DNA of 64,000 nt from a virus: IMG/VR virus record IMGVR_UViG_3300021963_000029, positions 116,815-180,814 of that record, one strand, 5' to 3'. Made by a program: the position numbers and the translations under genes. Positions 17,048 through 26,181 of this stretch are shown piece after piece (position 1 is the stretch's first letter; each line of letters begins with the position of its first letter). A model generated the notes under the pieces. That model had not been told where the DNA came from, made no database searches, and worked only from the letters and a program-made list of their open reading frames with translations.

Positions 17048-17301
17048 AGTAAAAGCTTTGCCCTAGAGGTTCTTTTTAAAAAATTTAAATTGATAGCATC
17101 ACACTTAAGTTTTTCTTTGAGTGGTTTGCTGACTAACTTGCCAACAGATTCTACTTCAATGTTGTTCTGATCGCAATAATGAATGATTGCATCAATGTAA
17201 TTCATGTCCTTGTTGACCTTGACTAGTTCCTCAATAATCTGAGAGAACTTTGCTTGGCACAAAAACTTTGATTCTAATGCTGACTTTAATTTACTTTCCA
17301 T
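17044..17301 (-). CDS. gp33: Late transcription co-activator gp33
   Basis: FSQIIEELV..YIDAIIHYCDQNNIEVESVGKLVSKPLKEKLKCDA..NFL. Confidence 0.92.
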   Translation of the reverse strand: MESKLKSALESKFLCQAKFSQIIEELVKVNKDMNYIDAIIHYCDQNNIEVESVGKLVSKPLKEKLKCDAINLNFLKRTSRAKLLL

Positions 17302-17971
17302 ATTCCTTTAGTTTAAACTCTATGAAATCTTTAACATATTGTGAGAGAAGTTTAATGTATTTCATTTTATCATACTCTTCATAAACAACACAATCACCAT
17401 CTTCACATGCCATAAGAATGACAAGTTTTTTAACAGGAATATCAGTCAGTTCATAGAACATGCAAGCATAAGCTGCTGCCTGAACAAAATAATGTTCAAT
17501 CCATTCCCTAGGTTTTGCTTTTTTTGAGGTTTTAAAATCTATGATTGCCAGTTCACCATTATATTCAGCAATGCAGTCAACTGTTCCTGCTATACCTAAC
17601 TGCTTACTGTATAATGAAGTTTCAAGTGCATAGATATTATTTATCTTATCTAATTCCTTCCCCATGATTTGAAATAACATTTCAGACATGGGATTAACAT
17701 CACTATTACAATCTAGATTTTTGAGGTACTGTTCACACAGGGTGTGCATTTCAGTACCACGTCTAGTTGCTTGTTTGTTAACTCTATTTGCTTCCTCTTC
17801 TCCTACCCTTTTTCTCCACTGCTCAAAGATATGTTTGTTGTGGTGACTGGTAACAGAGGTGATGGAGACTAACTTTAGAAGTTCATCCCCATCAGGAATT
17901 TTGTAGTACCTTACACCATCAATGGTCTCCCTCTCTAATTGAGGGAGACTAATATCAACATGATTGAACAT
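17291..17971 (-). CDS. PD-(D/E)XK exonuclease (RecB/Cas4-like family)
   Basis: SITSV..RGTEMH..AGTVDCIAEY..IIDFKTS..YFVQAAAYA. Confidence 0.88.
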   Translation of the reverse strand: MFNHVDISLPQLERETIDGVRYYKIPDGDELLKLVSITSVTSHHNKHIFEQWRKRVGEEEANRVNKQATRRGTEMHTLCEQYLKNLDCNSDVNPMSEMLFQIMGKELDKINNIYALETSLYSKQLGIAGTVDCIAEYNGELAIIDFKTSKKAKPREWIEHYFVQAAAYACMFYELTDIPVKKLVILMACEDGDCVVYEEYDKMKYIKLLSQYVKDFIEFKLKEYGK

Positions 17972-18729
17972 TAAAAACCTGCTGCCAATTTATTAACAAT
18001 GTAAGATTTAACTAGACCAGATCTAACAATATCATCAACACCAAATTCAATAGTCTCAAATTCTGGCATTCTATTAATGATCTTCATGAAATCCATGATT
18101 CCATTTCTTTCATTAGTCTTTGTAAGATCTGATTGAGTGGCATCACCACAGAACATAATTCTGGAGTTATCACCAACTCTTGTAATTATACTATCAAGTT
18201 CATGGAAGTTCAAGTTTTGACACTCATCTACAATGATGATTGAGTTATCAAGAGTTGTTCCTCTAATAAAAGAAGTGCTCCAGAAAGTAATAGTTTCCTG
18301 TGACTTCAGGTTACCATAGAGCATTTCAAAGTCTGCATCAGATGGCATCTCAAACATGTACTTAACCATGTTCTTATATGGAATCTGATAGAGAGCAGAC
18401 TTGTCATCATGATCCCCAGGAAGGAAACCAATCTCTCTTGTTGCTACTAGAGATCTAACAATAACAATCTTTTGATATGGAGTGATCTCACTCATCACAT
18501 CTTTCAGTGCCAAATACAGAGCACAGAAAGTTTTACCAGTACCAGCACAACCATACACAAACAGATGTTTATCTGAATTGTATGCTTCAAACAGTTTTTC
18601 TTGATTGCTTGTAACTGGAGTAATGTCTAAAAGAAGATCAGTATTGATTGGTTTTCTTCTTTTCATTTGCTTTGCAGTCATGCCAATGCCAATTGGCTGC
18701 AAATCATTGCCTCTTCTTTTTCTTGCCAT
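17971..18729 (-). CDS. phoH: PhoH-like ATPase
   Basis: GCAGTGKT Walker A, RSLV..IGFLPG, FIRGTTL, IIVDECQN, CGDATQSDL. Confidence 0.97.
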   Translation of the reverse strand: MARKRRGNDLQPIGIGMTAKQMKRRKPINTDLLLDITPVTSNQEKLFEAYNSDKHLFVYGCAGTGKTFCALYLALKDVMSEITPYQKIVIVRSLVATREIGFLPGDHDDKSALYQIPYKNMVKYMFEMPSDADFEMLYGNLKSQETITFWSTSFIRGTTLDNSIIIVDECQNLNFHELDSIITRVGDNSRIMFCGDATQSDLTKTNERNGIMDFMKIINRMPEFETIEFGVDDIVRSGLVKSYIVNKLAAGF

Positions 18730-18971
18730 TAGATTTTCTTTACACGAGAACCAGGGGATTTTGATGCTTTTGCTAGGACGTCATTCCATCCAGGATTCTT
18801 GGAGATTAATTTGTTTCTCCAATCTCCAACTTCTCCTGGACTTGCACATCCTTCTGACCAATCACGCTTCCACTCAGGATTGTCTTTATACCACTGAGTA
18901 ATATCATGAACACTCATCTCTACTTCTTTCTTTTCCCCAGTCTCTACATGGATAACAGGATAAATTGCCAT
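18729..18971 (-). CDS. Conserved cyanophage hypothetical protein
   Basis: 80-aa ORF, late motif ATAAATA at 18994-19000, coupled to phoH. Confidence 0.75.
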   Translation of the reverse strand: MAIYPVIHVETGEKKEVEMSVHDITQWYKDNPEWKRDWSEGCASPGEVGDWRNKLISKNPGWNDVLAKASKSPGSRVKKI

Positions 18972-18996
18972 AGGTTATTAATAATGTATAAAATAT

Positions 18997-19686
18997 TTAT
19001 TCTATGAGAAGGGATGGAGCATCTGAACACTCACTACATTTATCTCTTGTCCAACCAAGTGCTTCAGAAACAGTGGGGAACTGGCAAGTGAAAATGCACT
19101 TTGCTAATTCTGCAATTTCCATATGTTCTTTCTGGGTTCCATTGGCAGAACGCAGATTGATATAATGAATCCATGACCTGCATGATCCAGTCATGTAAAT
19201 TCTTGTTGGGGTTGCAAGGGGAAGAACAAAACGAGCACACTCCTTTGCCACACCATGATCAAGAAGAGTTTTATACAGACCATTCGCTGCTGCAAAGTGC
19301 TCAGCAATACGACTTTGAAGAGTAAGTTTTTCATACTCACCAATATCATCAATAGAATTTTGACGATTCTTTGTGTCTTGTCTTCTAAGATCTGGAACAG
19401 GAATGTGTTCAGTCAGAAGACTTGTATCAGCATACCTTTGTGAAAATTCTTGAAATGTAAATGACCTATGACGTAAGATTTGAGCTGCTATGCCACGATT
19501 AGTTTCAATCTCAAGGGTCATAGTAGATTGCTCAAACACAGACCAATGATTGTGCTTAATACAATAACGTAGCAAACCTGCATAGTTTTCATTATCTTGA
19601 TTTGCTGGATTAGAAACCCTAGCAATATATGCCATTGTTTGTTCTGCATCTGGAGTAACTGAAATGAGTTTAACTTTCTGAGTCAT
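18997..19686 (-). CDS. thyX: Flavin-dependent thymidylate synthase ThyX
   Basis: HWSVFE..QILRHRSFTFQEFSQRY..ECARFVLP..HYINLR..QKEH. Confidence 0.97.
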   Translation of the reverse strand: MTQKVKLISVTPDAEQTMAYIARVSNPANQDNENYAGLLRYCIKHNHWSVFEQSTMTLEIETNRGIAAQILRHRSFTFQEFSQRYADTSLLTEHIPVPDLRRQDTKNRQNSIDDIGEYEKLTLQSRIAEHFAAANGLYKTLLDHGVAKECARFVLPLATPTRIYMTGSCRSWIHYINLRSANGTQKEHMEIAELAKCIFTCQFPTVSEALGWTRDKCSECSDAPSLLIE

Positions 19687-19831
19687 CCTTTTCCCCTTTC
19701 ATATGTTTAAACTTGAGCGCTTTTTGAGCAATCTTTTTTGCCTTTCTCATGTACTTGAGCTCTTGCTCATCATACAACCAAGGTTGCTTCAAAGCAACCT
19801 TAGAGAGCTTTATGGTGTCTTGAAACCTCAT
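19670..19831 (-). CDS. Small basic hypothetical protein (53 aa)
   Basis: MRFQDTIKLSKVALKQPWLYDEQELKYMRKAKKIAQKALKFKHMKGEKDDSES; fills gap between neighbours. Confidence 0.6.
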   Translation of the reverse strand: MRFQDTIKLSKVALKQPWLYDEQELKYMRKAKKIAQKALKFKHMKGEKDDSES

Positions 19832-19983
19832 CAGTATACCTCATCATAGTCTTCAGTAAAAGGAGTTACCATAGCATTTTCTTCTGTTGTAATTTGCATA
19901 GGAGGTCCTTCTATTTCATACTTTAAAGATTGCACTAGAAGTTCCATGTTTCTAACAATCATTCTAACCTTTTCTCTATCCAT
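19831..19983 (-). CDS. Small hypothetical protein (50 aa)
   Basis: MDREKVRMIVRNMELLVQSLKYEIEG..DYDEVY; TGA/ATG coupled to next ORF. Confidence 0.6.
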   Translation of the reverse strand: MDREKVRMIVRNMELLVQSLKYEIEGPPMQITTEENAMVTPFTEDYDEVY

Positions 19984-20004
19984 AAAAATGTATAGTCTCA
20001 ATCA

Positions 20005-20044
20005 ATTTTACATAAAAAAAGGGGGAAAGTCAATCCCCCCTTTT
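20005..20044 (-). terminator. Intrinsic terminator with embedded sigma70 promoter
   Basis: GGGGGGA-TTGAC-TTTCCCCC-T7 hairpin; TTGACT-17nt-TAAAAT. Confidence 0.7.
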
Positions 20045-20048
20045 AATC

Positions 20049-20150
20049 TTAGGCAACTTGTGGTTGCTTTGCCATGTTAATTTGTGCAGCATGAAGGAGT
20101 TTTTCCTTCTTATCTTTTCTCTTAAGATATCTTACAAAATAGGTATTCAT
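20049..20150 (-). CDS. Basic 33-aa peptide coupled to DUF4278 ORF
   Basis: MNTYFVRYLKRKDKKEKLLHAAQINMAKQPQVA; ATGA overlap. Confidence 0.55.
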   Translation of the reverse strand: MNTYFVRYLKRKDKKEKLLHAAQINMAKQPQVA

Positions 20151-20311
20151 TTTGCTTCCTCCCAATTCCAGTTATTGCATGGACGATAGGCAACACCACG
20201 ATACTTATTATGTGGATGTGCTGGTGCATGGGTCTCAGAATACCAATGTAGATATTCTTCTTTGGGTGCATCAGTATTATACTTGCACCCACGATATGTG
20301 GCTTGTGACAT
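20147..20311 (-). CDS. DUF4278-like peptide with two YRG motifs (54 aa)
   Basis: MSQATYRGCKY..NKYRGVAYRP; SD AAGGAG; below glutamine riboswitch. Confidence 0.8.
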   Translation of the reverse strand: MSQATYRGCKYNTDAPKEEYLHWYSETHAPAHPHNKYRGVAYRPCNNWNWEEAK

Positions 20312-20337
20312 GGATTTGCTCCTTTACTAATGTAAAA

Positions 20338-20396
20338 GTGCGTTCCTTCGGTATCCCTACTTCCGTTTGCTATTTGCAAATAGCAAATGAACGTGC
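20338..20396 (-). ncRNA. Glutamine riboswitch (glnA-motif type)
   Basis: CGTTCA-[TTTGCTATTTG/CAAATAGCAAA stem]-CGGAAGTAGG-GATA-CCGAAGGAACGC matches recalled glnA consensus. Confidence 0.8.
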
Positions 20397-20435
20397 TTTA
20401 TCTATAAGGATAATTTTGTAATTTTTGATACAGTT

Positions 20436-20762
20436 TTAATCTCTCTGTCTCCAATCATCTGGTTTGTCTCTGCCATCAGTGAAGAAATCTACAATCTCAT
20501 CTACACTATTGAATCTATTGACACCAAATCTTTCATTTCCTGTGCCACCAATGTCAAGTTGATTCAAAAAATCATCCATATCTCCTTCCTTCATGTCAGG
20601 ATTTTCTGCTGTTCTTCTTGCTTGTCTAAGTATTGTTCCAGCAGTTCTATTTACCTTTGCTAATTTCTCTGCCCATATCATGTCTTCTAAACTTACTTCC
20701 TCATGCTTAACTATTCTTTCACAGATTGCTTCTAGACGAAGACGATATTGGGTAGAAAGCAT
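20436..20762 (-). CDS. Conserved cyanophage hypothetical protein
   Basis: 108-aa ORF in co-oriented run. Confidence 0.75.
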   Translation of the reverse strand: MLSTQYRLRLEAICERIVKHEEVSLEDMIWAEKLAKVNRTAGTILRQARRTAENPDMKEGDMDDFLNQLDIGGTGNERFGVNRFNSVDEIVDFFTDGRDKPDDWRQRD

Positions 20763-20792
20763 ACAACTCTCCTGATATACTGGTATTTAGTG

Positions 20793-21119
20793 TTATCTCT
20801 CTATGTAACTGAGGGTATGACTTTGAGCAAAAAGTTGATGAATGATCATATCGCATCCAATCTTTGGGTTACAATCTCCACATGTGTAAACATCTACTGC
20901 TGCCTTACCTTCTTCTGGCCATGTATGGATACTAATATGACTTTCAGAAAGCAAACAAATCACAGTGACTCCTTGTGGATCAAACTTTTTTGAGATAGTC
21001 TGAACCACAGTTGCACCGCTTGCTATTGCTGCACACTCTAATAGATCTATAAGACATTGTTCATTATCTAAAAGAACAAATGAGCAACCATATAAGTTTA
21101 ACAGATAATGTTTGCCCAT
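20793..21119 (-). CDS. speD: S-adenosylmethionine decarboxylase proenzyme (prokaryotic SpeD/SpeH)
   Basis: GKHYLLNLYGC..FDPQGVTVICLLSESHISIHTWPE..VDVYTCG. Confidence 0.93.
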   Translation of the reverse strand: MGKHYLLNLYGCSFVLLDNEQCLIDLLECAAIASGATVVQTISKKFDPQGVTVICLLSESHISIHTWPEEGKAAVDVYTCGDCNPKIGCDMIIHQLFAQSHTLSYIER

Positions 21120-21120
21120 T

Positions 21121-21375
21121 TCACTTCTTCTTTTTGCTAGTTGTTGACCCCCAAAGTTTAGGGTTTACTCTTCCTTCTGTTTGTTTAAAACTAATTAAAT
21201 CTTCTCTATATTTGTCCCAGTAATAATCAAAGATATCTACTTTTTTATTTGCAATTACAATGTCATAAGTATTTTGATCATTATCATAATACTCAACTAT
21301 GTACGCAGTATATGGTAATGACCTATCATTAGCAAGTTCTGGGTCACAATTTTTGTGAATAATTCTTACTGTCAA
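21121..21375 (-). CDS. Conserved cyanophage hypothetical protein
   Basis: 84-aa ORF in operon. Confidence 0.7.
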   Translation of the reverse strand: MTVRIIHKNCDPELANDRSLPYTAYIVEYYDNDQNTYDIVIANKKVDIFDYYWDKYREDLISFKQTEGRVNPKLWGSTTSKKKK

Positions 21376-21392
21376 TTCCTGTGCCTCCCACC

Positions 21393-21830
21393 TTATGATG
21401 AGAATGCTATCTCAGGAAATGCATCTTGCACTACTGCCTTAGTAATTTTAAACCTTTTATGGATCTGCTTATCCTTCATAAGACAAACAAGTTCTGCTTC
21501 AGAAGAATGAAGTGCTTCTAGAAGCTGAATAAACATAATTTCTTTTTTCATCTTTGTGGTGTTAGTAACACCTTTAACAAAGTGATTAAACTTTCTCCAT
21601 TCATGAGAAAGTTTACTATGTTCTGTTCCCTCAGGGGCATCATTTGGAGTGTAAGGCACATCCCCATCAGGAAGATCTGACTGGACCTTATCCTCAAAAT
21701 TCCAAATAAGAACTGCTCTTAGAGCAGGTGTATCATAGTGTCTTAAAATTTGTATTTTTTCGTCTCTAGTTTTAGCATTAGAAACTCTTTGAATAACTTC
21801 AGACACCAATTGATTTGGTGGCAATTTCAT
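21393..21830 (-). CDS. Conserved T4-like hypothetical protein
   Basis: SDLPDGDVPYTPN..FIQLLEALHSSEAEL. Confidence 0.75.
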   Translation of the reverse strand: MKLPPNQLVSEVIQRVSNAKTRDEKIQILRHYDTPALRAVLIWNFEDKVQSDLPDGDVPYTPNDAPEGTEHSKLSHEWRKFNHFVKGVTNTTKMKKEIMFIQLLEALHSSEAELVCLMKDKQIHKRFKITKAVVQDAFPEIAFSS

Positions 21831-21846
21831 AAATTCATCTCCTTAA

Positions 21847-22062
21847 TTAATCTTCAGGTTCGTCCTCCTCTAGATCTCCTTCAAATCTAAAGGCAATAAT
21901 TTCATCAGGAATAACATTTCCATCTTCATCATACATCTCAGGATGTAACTTAGCAATCTGTTGAGACCAAGTATGTTCTCTATAAACCCATCCAACTAAT
22001 CCCCCAACCACCATTGACATTACAAAAAACATTACAGAAAAAACTAGGGTAACTGCTATCAT
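21847..22062 (-). CDS. Small membrane protein
   Basis: N-terminal hydrophobic helix, acidic C-terminus (HPEMYDEDGN). Confidence 0.7.
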   Translation of the reverse strand: MIAVTLVFSVMFFVMSMVVGGLVGWVYREHTWSQQIAKLHPEMYDEDGNVIPDEIIAFRFEGDLEEDEPED

Positions 22063-22073
22063 TGTCCTACTCC

Positions 22074-22256
22074 TTATTGACTGGGTTTCCTTATGTTTAA
22101 GGAAAAATTAAAGGAGATGGTTACTTCCCTTTTAAAGAAGGAAACCATCTTTTCAAAATTAAATGAAAATGTTTTTGGATTTGGTCTCCTCCTTCTTAAA
22201 ATTAGTTCAACACCCCTGTTAATATCAGGAGTACTTGCATTATTTATAGGGGTCAT
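22074..22256 (-). CDS. Hypothetical protein (about 60 aa)
   Basis: TGATG coupling with glutaredoxin stop. Confidence 0.55.
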   Translation of the reverse strand: MTPINNASTPDINRGVELILRRRRPNPKTFSFNFEKMVSFFKREVTISFNFSLNIRKPSQ

Positions 22257-22504
22257 CAAAGGAGATTTTGTTCCATAAGATACTTTACTGTATCTGAACA
22301 CCCACCAAGATGGGTTTCTCCCATGACAACTTGAGGGAAAGTAGATCCCTCCCCAAACTCTGCATAGAATTCTTCTCTGGTAAAATCAGTTCCTAACTCA
22401 TAACAAATTACAGGAGAACCTTTTCTAACACTAAGGTCAGATAGGACTGCCTTAACTTTATCACAATAAGGACAACCCTTTTTGCTGTAAACTGTGAAAT
22501 TCAT
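22256..22504 (-). CDS. nrdC: Glutaredoxin
   Basis: YSKKGCPYC..TFPQV..HLGGC. Confidence 0.93.
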   Translation of the reverse strand: MNFTVYSKKGCPYCDKVKAVLSDLSVRKGSPVICYELGTDFTREEFYAEFGEGSTFPQVVMGETHLGGCSDTVKYLMEQNLL

Positions 22505-22508
22505 AACT

Positions 22509-23774
22509 TTAAATTCTTACTGGATGTGGTCTACGTTTGTCTGATTTAACAGCACATAACCATGCTGTTGTTACTGCTATATTATCTTCCCACCAATTAG
22601 TTTCAAGTCTAAACTCTTGGAATCTAATTGTGGTGTTTCTAATAAATTGTGCTTTGTCTGCTCTGGTGTAATACCAGAAACTATTTTGATTCCAAAAACT
22701 CACATGGGTTGGATCTTGCCATGCTCCTCTACCATCAGTAGAAGGAACTTCAATGAATGCCCAACCACCATCACAAAGAACCCTGTGGATCTCACTCATT
22801 GATTTGACTGGATCCTTTAGGTGCTCAAGTACATGACTTGCATTGATAACACCAACACTATTATCTGGCAGAGGAATACCATCATTAAGATCACAAATAA
22901 TGTCAGCACCACACTGATCAATTGTCACATATCCTGGTCTTGGGAAAAGACCACCACCAATATCAACTTTCATCAGACCTTTTAGATCTGCATCTCTTTC
23001 TGCAAGAGCTTGTCCATATTGATGGAACAGTTCAAATGTTTTAATTTGAATGTCATCAATTCTTTCAGTTTGTGTGTTGTTGTTATCAGGAAGCCATCTA
23101 TAATAATATAGGATCTTATCAATGAAGTGAAACTTAGTATTCAAATAAGATCTAATTACTAATTCATGATCATCACAAATATTCAGATCAGGATTATGTC
23201 CACCAATCTGATGATAGAAACTGGTTCTCCATGCTCTTACATGATCAGGAGCATACCAAATAATACCAATACTATGACTAGTAGCAGGAAAACTGTCAAT
23301 CTTCATGAACTGTTCTCCTCTGAATTCCACCCACTTATGGGTCCACCCATTAGCAGCATTCCAAGGGATTTTATATTCATCCCCTCTCATATCATAAAGA
23401 AGATCTTCACTGTATGCAAATCCAACCTCAGGATCTTGGAAAGCATTATTAAGTTCTTCAAGACAATCTAAAGTCAACAGATCATCATGATCTACTTCAA
23501 CAAGAACATCTCCCCTTCCTAAAAAGAAAGCTTTGTTTTTAATAAACCCAACATTTGGATTAGTAATACCAGTGTGAATTCTAACCTTAGGGTGATCTCT
23601 AATTTCTTGAGGAATATGATGGAGTTTACAATCTCCATTTAAATACAAAACCCATTCCCAATTTTCATAGGTTTGGTCACGAATAGTTTCATACAATTCC
23701 AATAAGAAAGGCATGTTCTTAGAGCTATGCTCTGGTGTGATGATGCTAAATTTGTGATTAATCATATCAATCAA
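22509..23774 (-). CDS. GT2 glycosyltransferase fused to class I SAM methyltransferase
   Basis: SIITP..EVDHDD..DDHEL N-domain; DIGGG..INASHVLEHL..EIHRVLCDGG C-domain. Confidence 0.85.
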   Translation of the reverse strand: MIDMINHKFSIITPEHSSKNMPFLLELYETIRDQTYENWEWVLYLNGDCKLHHIPQEIRDHPKVRIHTGITNPNVGFIKNKAFFLGRGDVLVEVDHDDLLTLDCLEELNNAFQDPEVGFAYSEDLLYDMRGDEYKIPWNAANGWTHKWVEFRGEQFMKIDSFPATSHSIGIIWYAPDHVRAWRTSFYHQIGGHNPDLNICDDHELVIRSYLNTKFHFIDKILYYYRWLPDNNNTQTERIDDIQIKTFELFHQYGQALAERDADLKGLMKVDIGGGLFPRPGYVTIDQCGADIICDLNDGIPLPDNSVGVINASHVLEHLKDPVKSMSEIHRVLCDGGWAFIEVPSTDGRGAWQDPTHVSFWNQNSFWYYTRADKAQFIRNTTIRFQEFRLETNWWEDNIAVTTAWLCAVKSDKRRPHPVRI

Positions 23775-24348
23775 AAAAGAAAATGTGAAATAGTCTAGAG
23801 TCTTCTATCTGTGTCCCAAAGTATTCTGATGCAGCATGAATACATTTAGCATCAAATATAACCAACCTATTAAAAATATTCCCAACTACATCTACTAATC
23901 TAAATTTAGTTTTATCATAAAACCCACCAGTAAATGCTTGATCAGAGTTAGGATCTGATTCCTGTCTAGCCCCATTTTCATGAGCATAAAAAGATGTTCC
24001 ACACTGATATGGAGCATTAGGTGTTAAGTATACCATGCCAGCCCAGGTTTGTAAATCCCAGTGGTAAACTAAAGAATCTTGGGGAGTGCAGTATTGGAAC
24101 TTTCCACACATGCCATACTCTTCCCAAACTTTAAGTTTGGTTCCCATAATTGCTTCTATTGCTCTTTTTGTTCCTGGAACAAAATGTTGATCTATAGTTC
24201 TTCTACCTTTATACCATTCAGATTGATCTTCATATTGTTGCTGCAAAGCGTATTCTCTTACAGCATAAGGATCAGAATAAAAGTTATCAACTATCCAAAT
24301 CTTTTTATTGTATGATGGATTGACTGTACTATTTGTTAAGAACTTCAT
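23767..24348 (-). CDS. 2OG-Fe(II) oxygenase (DUF6445-like)
   Basis: IVDNFY..YHWD..WAGMVYLTP..FNRLVIF..HAAS..RLFHIFFFD. Confidence 0.8.
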   Translation of the reverse strand: MKFLTNSTVNPSYNKKIWIVDNFYSDPYAVREYALQQQYEDQSEWYKGRRTIDQHFVPGTKRAIEAIMGTKLKVWEEYGMCGKFQYCTPQDSLVYHWDLQTWAGMVYLTPNAPYQCGTSFYAHENGARQESDPNSDQAFTGGFYDKTKFRLVDVVGNIFNRLVIFDAKCIHAASEYFGTQIEDSRLFHIFFFD

Positions 24349-25483
24349 TATTATACCTCTCTATTTTTTCCATTGCTACATTCTTTAAATGCTCTAGGTA
24401 ATTTCCTGTATCATAATAACAGTTATTGTCAATCAAAAACATAAATTCAGGGAAAGGATTTTTTCTTTCTTCTGTTGTGATGTAGTTTAACATTCCTATG
24501 GCAGTTGTTGGATCATCCTGTTCCAAACAAATTTCAATTAATCTAACTAAATGTTCATTCCTTCTGGGACAAAACTTTCCAGCTCTATTAAAAAACTCAA
24601 TGGAAGTTTCTAAGTCTCCAAGTTCTTTAGAAACATGGGCACAAAGATACATGGCAAAATAACCAAATTCATCTATCCTAGTTGGAACAGAAGTTTCTCT
24701 ATATCCTTCATGGTTATGACAAACATATTCATAAAAATAATAGACTGCTCTTCTAGCATACTCTTCTTGTTGACTTTTTCCTAAAGGAAAATTGTTATAA
24801 AAATGGGCATCAAAATAACTCTTACCAACATACCAAAAATGATAGTTGTCTGTTAGTAATGTATTTTCTCTTATTAACTGCTCTTCTAATTTAAGAGCAT
24901 CACTTACATACTTTGTTGGACTAGAATAACTTTCACCATCATTAGTCCCTATGTGCCTGAAAGATTTAGGAAGATTAACTCTTTGGAAGTTCTCTCCAAT
25001 ACCATCAATCTCTAGAGAAATTGTTTCATGAATTAAATCATGATTAAATTTCCAAGGCATTCTGGAATTCCAAATCCATGCTCTGTAGTAGGTAATACCT
25101 GGAGCAATAGATGGGACATGAAAACTTTGAATGGAAGTATCATTAAAAATTGTCCAATCAAAATCATTATCAACTTCCATATATTCATCACAGTCCATTT
25201 TCATGATCCAATCACAACCATGGTCTGTCTTTAAGCATGTCTGTAATAGATGATCTCTATTCCATCCAAAGCTTACCCACCCCTCATCAACTTGATAGAT
25301 GAATCCTGGAACTGGGTGCTCTTCAAAAAAATCCCTAACAACTTCTGGGGTTCCATCTGTTGATCCATTGTCCTGAAATACCCAGTAATCAATATACTTA
25401 TAAGAAGATTCCAACATCCTGCGAATGGTTTTTGCCTCATTCTTGAACATTGTAATCATTACAATTTTAGTTGTCTTGTTCAT
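24329..25483 (-). CDS. GT2 glycosyltransferase with C-terminal TPR-like region
   Basis: MFKNEA..DNGSTDGT..FGWNR..MDCDE..IHE; helical C-terminus. Confidence 0.8.
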   Translation of the reverse strand: MNKTTKIVMITMFKNEAKTIRRMLESSYKYIDYWVFQDNGSTDGTPEVVRDFFEEHPVPGFIYQVDEGWVSFGWNRDHLLQTCLKTDHGCDWIMKMDCDEYMEVDNDFDWTIFNDTSIQSFHVPSIAPGITYYRAWIWNSRMPWKFNHDLIHETISLEIDGIGENFQRVNLPKSFRHIGTNDGESYSSPTKYVSDALKLEEQLIRENTLLTDNYHFWYVGKSYFDAHFYNNFPLGKSQQEEYARRAVYYFYEYVCHNHEGYRETSVPTRIDEFGYFAMYLCAHVSKELGDLETSIEFFNRAGKFCPRRNEHLVRLIEICLEQDDPTTAIGMLNYITTEERKNPFPEFMFLIDNNCYYDTGNYLEHLKNVAMEKIERYNNEVLNK

Positions 25484-26181
25484 GCAGATCTTCTCTCAAT
25501 TAATTCTAAGATTTCAGGATTGTATCTTTGATCACCATATGGAGAATACAATGCTCTCTTTCTTTCCTCTACATCAGGAGGTGGATCAGTCAAATAATAA
25601 AAAGCAATACTCTTTCTATACGCTCCTTCAGGACATGTTAATGGTTCTGGGAATCCATGCCATGATTTTTGAGTAGTATCAAAAAGAACTGCTCTATTAA
25701 ATACATTTTCTATGACAACTCTTTTGTCTTTTGGTCTATTAATTCTAGTATCATGTGTCCAAAGTTCTAGTCCACCTCCCCATTCAGGATTCCAATCTTC
25801 TGTTAAGTATAAAATTAAATTTAATTTTCTTTGAAGATTTAATTTTGGATGAAGAGAGTAGTCTAGATGCACATTTAGTTTACCACCTGTCCCATGAATA
25901 TGCCACCCAGCTCCATGTAATCCTATATCAGGGTAAAGACTTTTGATTCCAGTTAGGTCTTTAATCTTTTGTACAAATTCTGATGAAGCAAGATACATGA
26001 AGAACTGATATGTCTTAGGAGGAAACTCCCACCAGTCATTGCATGTTTTTTTATTCTCTAATGCATTGTCATAGCAATACCATTTAGGATAATTGTAATC
26101 CATGAACTCACTAGAAAGTTGTCTAGCAATTTCTACAGAAGTAAAATTATCAATTACCCAATAATCAAAAGGTTCTTTCAT
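25480..26181 (-). CDS. 2OG-Fe(II) oxygenase (prolyl 4-hydroxylase-like)
   Basis: LNVHLD..NLILYL..WGGGLELW..FNRAVLF..SWHG..RKSIAFYY. Confidence 0.85.
   Translation of the reverse strand: MKEPFDYWVIDNFTSVEIARQLSSEFMDYNYPKWYCYDNALENKKTCNDWWEFPPKTYQFFMYLASSEFVQKIKDLTGIKSLYPDIGLHGAGWHIHGTGGKLNVHLDYSLHPKLNLQRKLNLILYLTEDWNPEWGGGLELWTHDTRINRPKDKRVVIENVFNRAVLFDTTQKSWHGFPEPLTCPEGAYRKSIAFYYLTDPPPDVEERKRALYSPYGDQRYNPEILELIERRSA

Noticed and set aside
17291-17971. Cas4-like nuclease suggesting a CRISPR system
   Set aside because: No array or other cas genes in the window; it is the usual T4-like exonuclease beside phoH
20152-20421. Plus-strand 89-aa ORF and minus-strand 20122-20379 ORF over the riboswitch/DUF4278 unit
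   Set aside because: Conflict with the better-supported riboswitch, SD and YRG peptide frame
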